Counted from the stretch's first letter, positions 20,501 to 27,805 are shown. The stretch: 64,000 nt of DNA from Rubrivivax sp. (GCA_044237995.1 JBIIED010000001.1:2252-66251), one strand, 5' to 3'. The notes: generated by a model from the sequence alone, not told the origin. Made by a program: numbers and translations.

Positions 20501-21872
20501 CAGCACCGCAGGCGGCAACTGGAGCGACGCAGCCAACTGGGACGTGCGCCCCGAAGGCGCAAACGTCGCAAGCGCAGTCCTGCCTGCCGGTGTTGCGGGC
20601 ACCGTCACCTTCGATCCGGCCGCCCCGCCGGTGTCGCTCAAGGAGTTGAGCGTTGCGCGCAACTTCGTCGTCGCTGCTCCGGGGCTGTCGGTGGATCGGC
20701 TGGACAACCGGGCCGAGACCGTGCTGGCCGCCGGCGTGAACTGGGACCTGTCTCGTCGCTCGGTCGTGGGCAGCGGTACCTTCACGAACCGGGGTGCGCT
20801 GACGCTGGTCGACGGCACACTGGACAACACGCTCTTCAACGACGGCGGGTCGGTGGCAGTGGGCGGAAGGAGCCGCCTGGGGCCGGTGACGAACGCGGGT
20901 CGCTTCTCGGTGCAGCCGGGGGCCTCGGTGAGCATCGCGGGCGGCTACCGGCAGACGGCTGGCCTCACCACGCTCGGTGCGCAAGCAGCCCCCGTGCCCA
21001 CCCTTGCCGTGGCAGCCGGTGCCGCCGTGGTCATCGAGGCCGGTGAGCTTGCAGGCTCGGGCACGATCGACGGCAGCCTCGTGGTGGGGGCGGCGCGCCT
21101 GGCGCCCGGTTACTCGCCCGGCGCTGTCGCCATCACGGGCAACCTGAGCCTCGGCCCTGAATCGACCACGCTCGTCGAGCTCGGCGGTACCCAGTCCGGG
21201 AGATTCGACTTCCTGGATGTCGGCGGTCAAGCCAGCCTGGACGGGACGCTGCGCCTGTCGAGCTGGGGCGGCTTTGTCGCCAACGGTTCTGAACAGTTCT
21301 TGTTCCTGCGCGCAGGCGGCGGCGTGACTGGCGGATTTGCCACCTTCGTCAACGAGGACCCGCTGCTTGCAGCCCTGCCTTGGTCTTCCCTGCTGATCGG
21401 CACGCCCACGGGCGTGATCACGGCCCGACCGCTTGCCTCGCAGCAGGTGGACGTGCTGCTGACCAACGTCAAGGTACCCAGCCCGCCGACACAACCCTTG
21501 CCCAGGCCGCCGACCCTGGCGGCGTTGGCCGCCGCGGGCGCCACGGGCTCGAGTGCGCCCTCCGGCAGCCCCGGCGGCCCCACCGGCCCTGGCGGCCCCG
21601 CCGATCCCCTGCCCATCATCCTCACCAAGGCTGGCAACTCCGCCGATGAGGAGGAGGACCGCTTGCGCCAGTCGGGTGATGGGGTCGGTCCGCCGGCACC
21701 TGCCTTCGCAGCAGGCAAGGTGGAGCAGCCTTTCGTGGAGGACAGGCCGGCGCAGGTGCGCGGAGCCGTTCGGTCCCTCGAGTTCGATCCGGCCGCGGAA
21801 GGCACCGTGTCGAATCCGGCCACGCGCGAGGTGGAACGGGTGCCGCGCGAGCACTCGGGAAGCGGATGCTGA
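8592..21872 (+). CDS. Giant TpsA filamentous-haemagglutinin-like exoprotein/adhesin (HMW1/CdrA-type TPS domain, beta-helical modules, YDG repeats)
   Basis: Signal peptide (ALALAVAALVAAAPVRS/NP), TPS domain IINWKHFGI..QPS..VLNRV..NGRVFLINPNGV, GTWLLDP motif, about 17 K(T/V)YD(G/A) repeats, C-terminal Cys; ATG 8592 (GTG 8520 is an alternative). Confidence 0.92.
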   Translation: MHGVRSPSRIRVKSPSERQAAFRPFDLRPTALALAVAALVAAAPVRSNPSGSQVVQGQAALRQQGSTLTVTTSDGTIINWKHFGIAAGETTRFVQPSATSQVLNRVVGGEPSQILGALESNGRVFLINPNGVAFGKGARVDVAGLVVSTLKLSDADFNAGRMAFGEPGAGAQAGAIRNEGRITTPRGGYVYLVAPQVENSGLIHTPEGEVILAAGHRVSLVNPRTPEVAWEVTAPDSQAINLGEVVARRIVMQGASVRNAGTLQATTAVLGENGQVLLKAARKVEQTPTGRIVAQGLSETGVPRGGQVDIFGGEQAVLQGRIDVTPGPAPSQPRPLPGTPPGDRLGSGVLMVGPAPTDTSSSRPAPVAASVSREGGIGPRAPAFGGPAVLDANRSAMVAPAGRLQEVTQADHMAASPVPSGPAGVEVPLRAPAGAAPRSPSGEAPAAPLPPDGPVPLPPPGPDPHHVLPPGTLGTGGRVRVFARDIVLGEGLSIDASGAGGGGTVLVGGEKQGAVGGGATAQMVFMHQTARIAADATDAGPGGYVILWADHSARVHGRIQARGGANGGDGGFIETSGRRFVDATQAADASAPKGEPGTWLLDPEDILIASNASPGPVETLIQPSVIEAALNSGTNFTVVTQAENPFIPGMGSGYIKVNSPITKSAGSVATLKLQAIGQIYLNADIKSTGGGGLNLTLVHGASDHTTFENPVSFSTTTIDLGSGVLTAAGTLRSGFERNAVIRGASLSIGTVQGWAFNGALDLQGPSTLTELSLTSGSVSVNGSASIATLSISGGTLGGVGAVSVSGPLLFTGGTIDRTGATLTVAGTGSAWSAGKLAAGTLTNTGTLSITGVGDAVAHGSAAVLRNDGTLRYDKTAGNWFLGGGATFDNLTTREVRVETGRAIRHSGGDPAGFNNNGTLVSNTNSQSVQIDAGIAFSNPGRIDLQSGTLTITDFASNAGAVALSAGTTLRRPGGLSSAGVITGAGTVDVGAGNALTNDGTLDPGGAGLTDRLTVVGNVILGSTGTLALDIQDTVPGGGYDLLEATGSVTLGGTLTGNLLNGYTPSISTNFDAVQASQGMSGRFAATTLPTGFNGSVIPGTSTSQFRLTFSGLNCATGTLCWSGGAGTDTSWSNPLNWGDSGNTSVPGAAGAEGLSAGMLVGGSAVELNGAGYSVPGLTTVPGTQLRISSGTLELSSPSTTSNSRGTLTVGSAGSLVVMGTLDAASINVLQAGRLTGTGRVTTTEGLSLAGALEGVTLGGTGTLSAAGGTLVSGRIENLVVAGTTLRATGGTLDAVRLDADLTVASGYDLTVTNSLTLAGGRTLTIGEVGGASAASLVFWGPSGPPSNQSLTTDGAGARVVLNQGNLGNGIRTAGSTGSLSIGSAVAGFKPTLESQDAAGRLDATVDNYGTITVPAGGRISHSGAFTNRGSITLQGGSLDFFTPASGAGRFTNESTGTLTATSGSDLRFGGEVQLDNAIQIGEGALVRLAGTISTAQFTRIWNQPSNTVRLSGTLDNTGTVLTIGAVPSPGWTTGNLELVSGGVLSSGAVSTLGGASLLASGGTLSAVLLNTDLTVPSGGSLNVAGGLTLGGGRTLTLDGGASGTATLNFVGAQAQVLALEAGQASATVVLKAGSAVYGPSSETVTIGSGITLRAQDANARFETNLLNQGALEIMQPSTGRSNAVWHGGTFRNEGSLSLLSGAALSLGNMLAGYPAGLTNAASGWMRAFGGTLTVAGDITLDSPIEIDSNVLLGLNGTLSTATFLQIQNKPGNRVQLGGTLTNTGAVLALGGADPLRSTGDLELSTSGRIVGGDISMANGAQLLAGGGTLEGVRLLSNVSVVAGTLNVDGNLTLGEGVKLTLDGFGSTNPGSTLNFVSSGTLSGAGAGGAKVEFVGDKPTTLSAAPGQTLTIGSGLSLRSLSSVGALSADVVNQGTIEVRGATSRLLHQGTLTNQGVIDLALGGTLSLGVFTNAAAGLIRGTGTLDGPAWTNSGRIQPGGLGAQGTLTVNSNLTLGASSLVDLEIAGTLNGEFDRLAVTGSLILGGTLSAQLVAGYTPPDLATFEVLSATQFIAGSPSVEDLSSGLTGTKLAGPPGRYELMYCPANTRCWDGGGGSNADWTYALNWTGDQVPTDADAALIGASDVITVSGNADARALTVSGSGLRLDVGSTGRLSVGLLSGGTANLGANELGISAGGAARFGGSFTSTGLVDLQGGSLNFAGVATVGSLTLGSAGTLTGTGSLTVSQAFSRVAGSVVGNGFTGLDLTQVAGNLRPGVWSVAGPVTLRTVDGASTLDIDGELKTTGASGSIRISAAGRLDIGAPVIASGVVRAEALSTAPGQGRIGIGASGSVSAAGSGGEALVLAAGDGFYSNGLASLSAPNGRWLVHVAGYPDYHGRFGLAYGFKHYGVAYSASVPYAGPGLGSGFVYAQAPGALTVSVAGSASRVYDGGLAAPLGGLTASANGAIFTGDVVTLKLLSGQYASKDAGAQAVTLSVDIDAVRDGAARVYGYSLASSTATFAGGEITRRQVSLEASKVYDGTTSLAGAVAIATGVGSETLSYSGATASDPHVATPGKFISAITLGDATDGSGGLASNYQLPVLGSATAAVTITPRALTVTGSSAAGKTYDATTTAVITVGSLSGLAGTETVTASAVGNFDAKDVGTRTATATYSLFDGSNGGRASNYSLGSTSHLATISPKPLAVSGLSSVDKVYDGTTAASVTGTAALPQPVTPGTLTGSEGRPYTGDAVTLGGTAVGSFNSKDVASANSVSFTGLGLSGAQAGNYTLLPHAPVARIITPKTLSVSGVTAQDKTYDGTTSAALSGGGLSGVVGSDTVTLGAGSGVFLDRHAGTAKPVSVSGYTISGADVRNYTLVQPAGLTASITPAQITAVTGITAGNKTYDGAMAATLSTNAVGFTGMVAGDQLSVATATGAFADKNAGTGKTVSITGISLGGQDAGNYTLQSSTATAQANITPARIAAVTGITAGNKTYDGTTTAALSTNAAGFTGMVSGDQLSVATATGAFADKNAGTGKPVSITGISLGGQDAGNYTLQSSTATAQANISPAQIAAVTGINAANKTYDGTTAAALSTNAAVFTGMVSGDQLSVATASGAFADKNAGTGKTVSVTGISLGGQDAANYTLQSNIATAQADIAPAQIAAVTGITATNKTYDGRTIATLSTGGAGFTGMVLGDQLSVSSATGAFADKNAGTDKTVSITGIVLGGQDAGNYTLQSSIATAQANIGPAQITAVTGITAANKTYDGTTAATLSTSGAGFTGMVSGDQLSVASAAGAFADKNAGSGKIVSVTGITLGGQDAGNYTLQSGTATAQANISPAQIAAVTGITATDKTYDGTTAAALSTNAAGFTGMVAGDQLSVATATGAFADKNAGAGKTVNVTGISLGGQDAGNYTLQSSTATAQANIGLAQIAAVTGITAGHKTYDATTNATLSTGGAGFTGMVAGDQLSVATATGAFADKNAGTGKTVDVTGISLGGQDAGNYTLQSSTATVQANISPAQIAAVTGITAANKTYDGTTAATLSTGGAGFTGMVSGDQLSVATATGAFADKNAATGKTVSVTGISLGGQDAGNYTLQSSTAAAQANISPAQIAAVTGITAGNKTYDGTTAAALSTHAAVFAGMVAEDQLSVATATGAFADKNAGTGKTVNVTGISLGGQDAGNYTLQSSTATAQANISPAQIAAVTGITAANKTYDGTTAAALSTAAAGFTGMVAGDQLSVATATGAFADKNAGTGKTVTITGISLGGQDARNYTLANSTATTQASIDPRLLAMGSLVVADKVYDGTSAATVREAQLQGALSGDSVTVSVASALAAFSDRNAGTDKAVSVSGLGLAGADAGNYRLGSPSAQAVASITSRSLALGALTVADKVYDGTTTARVASGELEGLIAGDLVSLDLARAVAAFADKNAGVDKNVAVTALSLVGADSANYRLGVSSTAARGTITVRPQSTWTSTAGGNWSDAANWDVRPEGANVASAVLPAGVAGTVTFDPAAPPVSLKELSVARNFVVAAPGLSVDRLDNRAETVLAAGVNWDLSRRSVVGSGTFTNRGALTLVDGTLDNTLFNDGGSVAVGGRSRLGPVTNAGRFSVQPGASVSIAGGYRQTAGLTTLGAQAAPVPTLAVAAGAAVVIEAGELAGSGTIDGSLVVGAARLAPGYSPGAVAITGNLSLGPESTTLVELGGTQSGRFDFLDVGGQASLDGTLRLSSWGGFVANGSEQFLFLRAGGGVTGGFATFVNEDPLLAALPWSSLLIGTPTGVITARPLASQQVDVLLTNVKVPSPPTQPLPRPPTLAALAAAGATGSSAPSGSPGGPTGPGGPADPLPIILTKAGNSADEEEDRLRQSGDGVGPPAPAFAAGKVEQPFVEDRPAQVRGAVRSLEFDPAAEGTVSNPATREVERVPREHSGSGC
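17241..19940 (+). repeat. Ten tandem 270-bp (90-aa) YDG-domain coding repeats in TpsA
   Basis: Unit starts at 17241, 17511, 17781, 18051, 18321, 18591, 18861, 19131, 19401 and 19671; unit ~PAQIAAVTGITAANKTYDGTTAA.LST..AGFTGMV.GDQLSVATATGAFADKNAGTGKTV.VTGISLGGQDAGNYTLQSSTATAQANI. Confidence 0.95.
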
Positions 21873-23443
21873 CGCGGCGCGCGGCCTTCACCTTCAGTTG
21901 GCGCCTGCTGCTCGCCCTCGTGCTGCTGGGTGCCTGGCTGGCCTCGGCCCGTGCACAGCAGCCGGCCGCGGAGCTGCGGACCGTGGTGGGCGTGGTCTTC
22001 GCCCAGTCGGATGCCGGCGCCTTGCGCATCCTCCAGGCTGGCGCCCGGGTCGCCGTCGGCGAGACAGTCGGCACGCAGAAGGGCGCCTTCGCCGTCTTGG
22101 TCTTCAACGACGGCTCGCGCGCGGCGTTGCGACCAGAGACGGCGCTGCGGGTGCGAGGCTTTCGCTATCGCCCGGAGGATGCGCGGGAGGATGAACTCGC
22201 CGTGGACCTGCTGCAGGGCTGGCTGCGCAAGGTCTCGGGCGAGATCGCACGGCGCAACCCGCGCAGCTTCGAGATGCGGGTGGGCGACGCGACGATCGGC
22301 ATTCGCGGCACCGACTTCGCGGTACGCATCTGCGACGAGGCCTGTGTGCGCGAGCGCTCGGAAGGGGCCGAAGGCGTGTTGCCGCAGTCCCGGCGACTGG
22401 GCCAGGTCGTGGCTGCGGCGACGCCTGTGCGCAGGCAGCGTGGCGACACGGTCGACCGTGCCGATGGCGGTGCGATGCTGATCCTGGGCGACGTGCTGGC
22501 CACCGACGACGAGCAGGCGCTGATCGGCCTGGACGACGGTTCGCGTATCGTGCTGGCTCCGCGCTCGGTGCTGGCACTGCGCTCGGTGGAGGACGATCTT
22601 GGGCGGCGGGCCGTGCGGCTGGACCTGCTCCAGGGTGCGATGCGGGTGGCGGCGGCCCCGCGCGCGGGGGCTCGCCTGTACGGCCTGCTGGTGAACGCCG
22701 GCGCCACGGTGGGCCTGCGGCCCGGTGCTGCGCTGGACGCTGGCTGCGAGGCGCCGGCCCCGGCGCAGGCCTATGCCTGCGAGGCTGCGACCGTGCTGCT
22801 GAGGCAGGGGCGTGGCGATGTGCTGACCGACACCGGTGCGAGGGCCTTGCCGGCGGGGCAACCCGAGCGCCTGGTCGAGCCGGCGCTGTCGCCTACGCCT
22901 GCTGCTCCTACTTCGCCCGTGACATCGCCCGCCCCCGTGCGCCCCATTGCCCCCAACCCGGCTGGGGACCCGGCGGCTGCAGGCGAGCCTCCAGCCACGC
23001 CCATGCCCACTTCCGCCCCGGGCCTGCAGGTGAGTGCGCAAGCCGTCCTGGCCCTCTGGCAGGGCTCACACGGCGGGCTCGACGCGATCGATCCGCTGGA
23101 TGTGCCGGCCGACGACGGCGAACAGGTTGCCGAGCCGCCGCCGCCCGCGCCGCCCGCGCCGCCTCCGCTGGATCCGCTGGATCCGCTGGACATCCCGATC
23201 GACCGCGTCCGCCCCCCCTCGGTGGTGGAGCCGCCGCAGCGCGGCGTCTACCTGGCCGTGTTCCAGGGCCTCGTCTCGCTGAGCAACCGCCTGGGCGAGG
23301 TCACCGTGGGTGCTGGCGAGGGTGCCTTCGCGCCGCTGCTGCCCACGTTCGAACCGCGCGCGCTGGCGGCCTCGCCGCTCTTCATGGAGCGCGATCTCGA
23401 GCTGGATCGGCCGCGCCTGTATCCGGAGTCGTGCATGCGTTGA
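21866..23443 (+). CDS. Periplasmic protein with two FecR-like domains and a Pro-rich linker
   Basis: Sec signal (..WLASARA/QQ); FecR motifs LVFNDGS..LRPET and [16 protein letters not shown]; second copy [23 protein letters not shown]; start overlaps the tpsA end by 7 bp. Confidence 0.82.
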   Translation: MLTRRAAFTFSWRLLLALVLLGAWLASARAQQPAAELRTVVGVVFAQSDAGALRILQAGARVAVGETVGTQKGAFAVLVFNDGSRAALRPETALRVRGFRYRPEDAREDELAVDLLQGWLRKVSGEIARRNPRSFEMRVGDATIGIRGTDFAVRICDEACVRERSEGAEGVLPQSRRLGQVVAAATPVRRQRGDTVDRADGGAMLILGDVLATDDEQALIGLDDGSRIVLAPRSVLALRSVEDDLGRRAVRLDLLQGAMRVAAAPRAGARLYGLLVNAGATVGLRPGAALDAGCEAPAPAQAYACEAATVLLRQGRGDVLTDTGARALPAGQPERLVEPALSPTPAAPTSPVTSPAPVRPIAPNPAGDPAAAGEPPATPMPTSAPGLQVSAQAVLALWQGSHGGLDAIDPLDVPADDGEQVAEPPPPAPPAPPPLDPLDPLDIPIDRVRPPSVVEPPQRGVYLAVFQGLVSLSNRLGEVTVGAGEGAFAPLLPTFEPRALAASPLFMERDLELDRPRLYPESCMR

Positions 23444-23553
23444 CCGGCCAGGCCTATCGGCGACAATCCGCAGCCCGTGTGCGAGGCCGAAATCGCCGCC
23501 CGGGAAGGGCCTGCGCTGCGTCAGGCCCAGGCCATCGACCCGGCTCAATCCCC

Positions 23554-24597
23554 GTGACCTCCCCTTCAGCCCTCACCCTCACCCGCCCGGACGACTGGCA
23601 CCTGCACCTGCGCGACGGCGCGGCGCTTGCTGCCGTGGTGCCCCACACCGCGCGGCAGTTCGCGCGCGCGATCGTGATGCCCAACCTCAAGCCGCCAGTG
23701 GTCACGGCGGCACAGGCGCAGGCCTACCGGGAGCGGATCCGCGCAGCCTGCCCCGCGGAGCTGCCCTTCGAGCCCTTGATGACGCTGTACCTCACCGACG
23801 TCACCCCGCCCGAGGAGATCCGGCGTGCGCGCGAGGCGGGAGTCGTGGCCCTGAAGCTCTATCCGGCCGGCGCCACCACCAACAGTGACTCGGGCGTCAC
23901 GGACGTGCGCCGCACGTACCGCACCCTCGAGGCGATGCAGCGCGAGGGGTTGCTGCTGCTCGTGCACGGCGAAGTGACCGACTCCGAAATCGACATCTTC
24001 GACCGCGAAGCCGTTTTCATCGATCGCGTGATGCGGCCGCTGCGGCGCGATTTCCCTGAGCTCAAGGTGGTTTTCGAGCACATCACGACAAAGGAGGCGG
24101 CGCAGTACGTGGCACAGGCCGACGATCTCACGGCCGCCACGATCACCGCCCACCACCTGCTGTACAACCGCAACGCGCTCTTTGTGGGCGGGATGCGGCC
24201 GCACTACTACTGCCTGCCGGTGCTCAAGCGCGAGGTGCACCGCCAGGCGCTCTTGCAGGCTGCCACCTCGGGCAGCCCCCGGTTCTTCCTGGGCACCGAC
24301 AGCGCCCCTCACGCCGCCGTGCTCAAGGAGCAGTCGGTGTGCGGTGCGGGCTGCTTCACGGCGCCGGCTGCGCTCGAGCTCTATGCGGAGGCTTTCGAGG
24401 AGGCTGGTGCGCTCGAGCGGCTGGAGGGCTTTGCCAGCTTCCACGGGCCCGACTTCTACGGCCTGCCGCGCAATGCCGGCACCGTCACGCTCGAGCGCAC
24501 CGATTGGCAGTTGCCCGAGGAGATGCCCTTCGGCGAGGCGACGATCAAGCCGCTGCGTGCAGGCGAGACGTTGCGCTGGCGCCTGCGGCATCCCTAG
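23554..24597 (+). CDS. pyrC: Dihydroorotase (homodimeric type)
   Basis: [49 protein letters not shown]. Confidence 0.97.
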   Translation: MTSPSALTLTRPDDWHLHLRDGAALAAVVPHTARQFARAIVMPNLKPPVVTAAQAQAYRERIRAACPAELPFEPLMTLYLTDVTPPEEIRRAREAGVVALKLYPAGATTNSDSGVTDVRRTYRTLEAMQREGLLLLVHGEVTDSEIDIFDREAVFIDRVMRPLRRDFPELKVVFEHITTKEAAQYVAQADDLTAATITAHHLLYNRNALFVGGMRPHYYCLPVLKREVHRQALLQAATSGSPRFFLGTDSAPHAAVLKEQSVCGAGCFTAPAALELYAEAFEEAGALERLEGFASFHGPDFYGLPRNAGTVTLERTDWQLPEEMPFGEATIKPLRAGETLRWRLRHP

Positions 24598-24649
24598 TTG
24601 ACGGCGGGGTATTCCCTGCGAGATCCGAGGGCAAGCGTGCGGCTGTCTA

Positions 24650-24677
24650 CTTGAATCCGGCCCCCCCGCCCTAATAT
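24650..24677 (+). promoter_or_regulatory. Putative sigma32 (RpoH) promoter of htpX
   Basis: CTTGAA-N14-CCTAATAT versus consensus CTTGAA-N13/14-CCCCATNT, upstream of a known heat-shock gene. Confidence 0.55.
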
Positions 24678-24724
24678 CCCGATCTGTCGTCAACCAAGCG
24701 TCGCCGCAAAGGAGCGGCCCCGCC

Positions 24725-25600
24725 ATGAAGCGCATCGTCCTCTTCGTCCTGACCAACCTCGCCGTGATGGTGGTGCTGGGCATCACCGCGAGCCTGCTCG
24801 GCGTCAACCGGTTCCTCACCGCCAACGGGCTGAACCTGGGTGCGCTCCTGGGCTTCGCGTTGCTGATGGGATTTGGCGGCGCGATCATCTCGTTGCTCAT
24901 GAGCAAGCCGATGGCCAAGTGGTCCACCGGCGCCGTCATCATCAACGACTCCACCGACCCGACGCACCGCTGGATCGTGGGCACCGTGCGCCAGTTCGCC
25001 GACAAGGCCGGCATCGGCATGCCCGACGTCGCGCTTTACCAGGGCGAGCCCAATGCGTTTGCCACGGGCGCCTTCAAGAATTCGGCGCTGGTGGCCGTCT
25101 CCACCGGGCTGCTCGAGGGCATGACCAAGGAGGAGGTCGAGGCTGTGATCGGCCACGAGGTCGCGCACGTGGCCAACGGCGACATGGTGACGTTGGCGCT
25201 GATCCAGGGCGTGATGAACACCTTCGTCGTGTTCCTCTCGCGCGTGATCGGCTACGTGGTCGACCGCGTCATCCTGAAGAACGACCGCGAGGGTCCTGGT
25301 ATCGGCTACATCGTCACGACCATCGTGCTCGACATCGTGCTGGGTGTGCTGGCGGCTGTCGTCGTGGCCTGGTTCTCGCGCCAGCGCGAGTACCGCGCCG
25401 ACGCCGGTGCGGCGCAGCTGATGGGCCGGCGCCAGCCGATGATCAACGCCCTGGCGCGCCTGGGTGGCCTGGAGCCGGGCGAACTGCCCAAGACTGTGCA
25501 GAACATGGGCATCTCGAGCAAGCCCAGCGGCCTGATGGCGCTCTTCTCGAGCCACCCGCCCATCGAGGACCGCATCCGCGCGCTGCAGCAGGCTCAGTGA
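24725..25600 (+). CDS. htpX: Membrane zinc metalloprotease HtpX (M48)
   Basis: [26 protein letters not shown] (HEXXH), [24 protein letters not shown]. Confidence 0.97.
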   Translation: MKRIVLFVLTNLAVMVVLGITASLLGVNRFLTANGLNLGALLGFALLMGFGGAIISLLMSKPMAKWSTGAVIINDSTDPTHRWIVGTVRQFADKAGIGMPDVALYQGEPNAFATGAFKNSALVAVSTGLLEGMTKEEVEAVIGHEVAHVANGDMVTLALIQGVMNTFVVFLSRVIGYVVDRVILKNDREGPGIGYIVTTIVLDIVLGVLAAVVVAWFSRQREYRADAGAAQLMGRRQPMINALARLGGLEPGELPKTVQNMGISSKPSGLMALFSSHPPIEDRIRALQQAQ

Positions 25601-25629
25601 GCACAGGCGGGCTGGCGGCCCGTCGCTCC

Positions 25630-25670
25630 AGGCGCCCCGCGGCCCGTTCGCCGGGCGCCTTCTCATTTCT
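25630..25670 (+). terminator. Probable intrinsic terminator after htpX
   Basis: AGGCGCCC...GGGCGCCT inverted repeat followed by TCTCATTTCT. Confidence 0.5.
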
Positions 25671-25701
25671 CGCGGCTGCGCATCGATGCGACAATGGGCC
25701 G

Positions 25702-26042
25702 GTGAAGCAAGCCAGACCGCCGCTGGCGCGATCGGGGAAACCCGGCGCTGGAGGAAGGTCCGGACTGCACAGGGCAGCGCAGGAGCTAATGGCTCTCCAC
25801 CGCGAGGTGAGGATCAGAGCAACAGAGACGAGTCTGCGCGGGGCTTGCGCCCCGCACAGGGTGAAACGGGCAATCTCTGCGCGCAGCAACACCAAGTAGG
25901 CCGGCGATGATGCGGCCCGCGGAGCCGGCGGGTAGGTGGCACCGAGCCGGGTGGGCGACCCCTGGCCCAGAGGAATGGCGGTCACGGCCGTGTCCCGAAA
26001 GGGGCGCAGCTGCACAGAATCCGGCCTATCGGCTTGCTTCAC
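25702..26042 (+). ncRNA. rnpB: RNase P RNA (class A)
   Basis: Conserved GAGGAAGGTCCGGACT and ACAGAATCCGGCCTA motifs; terminal P1 pairing GTGAAGCAAGCC/GGCTTGCTTCAC; GACAAT -10 box 6 nt upstream. Confidence 0.96.
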
Positions 26043-26072
26043 ACTGTCTGCGCGCCGCGTGGCGCCTGAGCT

Positions 26073-27290
26073 ATGCACCCTGAAGCCGAAAAGCTGTGGC
26101 GCGGACCACGCTGGGCCCTGGCCCTGCTGCTGGCGGCGCTCAGCGCGCTCGGGCCGTTCGCGATCGACACCTACCTGCCGGCGTTCTCCGCCATGGCGGC
26201 GGACGTGGGCGCTACGCCGGTGCAGATGCAGCAAACGCTGGCGGCCTACCTGGCCGGCTTTGCGCTGATGAACCTCTTTCACGGCGCGATCTCCGACAGC
26301 GTGGGGCGCCGGCCCGTGGTGCTGGCGGCGATGGCGGTTTTCAGCCTGGCCTCGGTGGGGTGTGCCCTCGCCTCGGGCATCGGGGAGCTGCTGCTGTTTC
26401 GCGCCCTGCAGGGCATGTCGGCCGGCGGCGGCATGGTCGTGGGACGCGCCATCATCCGCGACCTCTTCGCGCCCCACGATGCGCAGCGCGTGATGTCGCA
26501 GGTGACGATCTGGTTCGGCCTGGCCCCGGCGTTGGCCCCGCTCATCGGCGGCTGGTTACTGGTGTGGATCGACTGGCACGCGATCTTCTGGTTCATGGCC
26601 GCCCTCGGGGCGGGGCTGCTCGCACTGATGTGGCGCGCGCTGCCCGAATCGCTGCATCCGGGGCAGCGCCAGTCGCTGCACCCGCTGCACCTGCTGCGTG
26701 GCTACTGGCAGCTCGGCGCGAGCCCGCGCTTCCTGGCGCTGGCCCTGTCCAGCGGCGTGCCCTTCAACGGCATGTTCCTCTACGTGCTGGCCTCCCCCGC
26801 CTGGCTGGGTGGCCACCTGGGGCTCGCGCCCACGCAGTTCTTCTGGTTCTTCTGCATCGCGGTGGGCGGCATCATGCTGGGCGCGCTGTGCAGCGGGCGG
26901 CTGGCCGGACGCACCCCGCGCGAGCGCCAGATCGCGCTCGGCTGGGGCGTGATGGTCGCGGCCACGGCACTGAACCTGGGGTGCAACGCAGCGGGCCTGA
27001 CGCACCCGCTGGCGGCGATGCTGCCCATTGGGCTCTACTCCTTCGGCTGGGCCCTGGTGGTGCCGGTGGTCACCCTGGTCCTGCTCGACCTCGTGCCCGA
27101 GCGCCGCGGCATGGCCTCATCCGTGCAGGCCTTCCTGGGATCGGTGGCCAACGCTCTCGTCGCCGGCGCGCTGGTGCCCCTGGTCATGCATGCGCCGATG
27201 GCCCTGGCGCTGGCCTCGGCTGCGCTGATGTCGGTGGGGCTGCTGGCCTGGGTGGCCGTGCGCCGACACCTCCCGGCCGGGCTACTCTGA
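26073..27290 (+). CDS. Bcr/CflA family MFS multidrug efflux transporter
   Basis: LGPFAIDTYLPAF, GAISDSVGRRPV, FRALQG, RAIIRDLF, APLIGG, LPESL; about 12 TMs. Confidence 0.92.
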   Translation: MHPEAEKLWRGPRWALALLLAALSALGPFAIDTYLPAFSAMAADVGATPVQMQQTLAAYLAGFALMNLFHGAISDSVGRRPVVLAAMAVFSLASVGCALASGIGELLLFRALQGMSAGGGMVVGRAIIRDLFAPHDAQRVMSQVTIWFGLAPALAPLIGGWLLVWIDWHAIFWFMAALGAGLLALMWRALPESLHPGQRQSLHPLHLLRGYWQLGASPRFLALALSSGVPFNGMFLYVLASPAWLGGHLGLAPTQFFWFFCIAVGGIMLGALCSGRLAGRTPRERQIALGWGVMVAATALNLGCNAAGLTHPLAAMLPIGLYSFGWALVVPVVTLVLLDLVPERRGMASSVQAFLGSVANALVAGALVPLVMHAPMALALASAALMSVGLLAWVAVRRHLPAGLL

Positions 27291-27596
27291 GCGCTTGCGG
27301 GCGCCCAGGGCCAGCAGCAGCGGCCACAGCCACAGGCTCAACGTCCAGCGCACGACCCGACTGGTGCTGACCGGGCTCGTCTCATGGCGTGCCACCTTCG
27401 CGAAGAGCACGACCGCGCCCGTCACCACGTACAGCAGCAGGGCCGAATACACGCCGACTCGCCAGGCGTAGGTTCCTCCCAGCAGGTCGCCGAGCAGGCG
27501 CCCGAGAACGGCGGCCACCAGCACGCAGGCCAGCAGCGCCAGCGCCACGCCTGCCAGCGCGTGGCGCATCTTCCAGAGCGGGTCGTTGTCGTACAT
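27282..27596 (-). CDS. Small hypothetical membrane protein
   Basis: 104-aa ORF with two to three hydrophobic helices and host-like codon usage. Confidence 0.65.
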   Translation of the reverse strand: MYDNDPLWKMRHALAGVALALLACVLVAAVLGRLLGDLLGGTYAWRVGVYSALLLYVVTGAVVLFAKVARHETSPVSTSRVVRWTLSLWLWPLLLALGARKRSE

Positions 27597-27805
27597 CGCA
27601 GCGGCGGGGCGGAGGGGGGGCAGGTGACTCGTGGCGGGTTGCCCGCCGCTTTGACGCGCAGGCGCGCGGATGATGCCACCGTGGCGAAGGCGACACCGCC
27701 GGGTGGGCCTTGGGTGCCTGCGTGCTCACGAAGAAGTTTGAGACTGACCCGCAAGTGCTTGTTTCAGCATTGTTTTTTCTTGCGACCGAGCTCCATAACC
27801 TGGCC

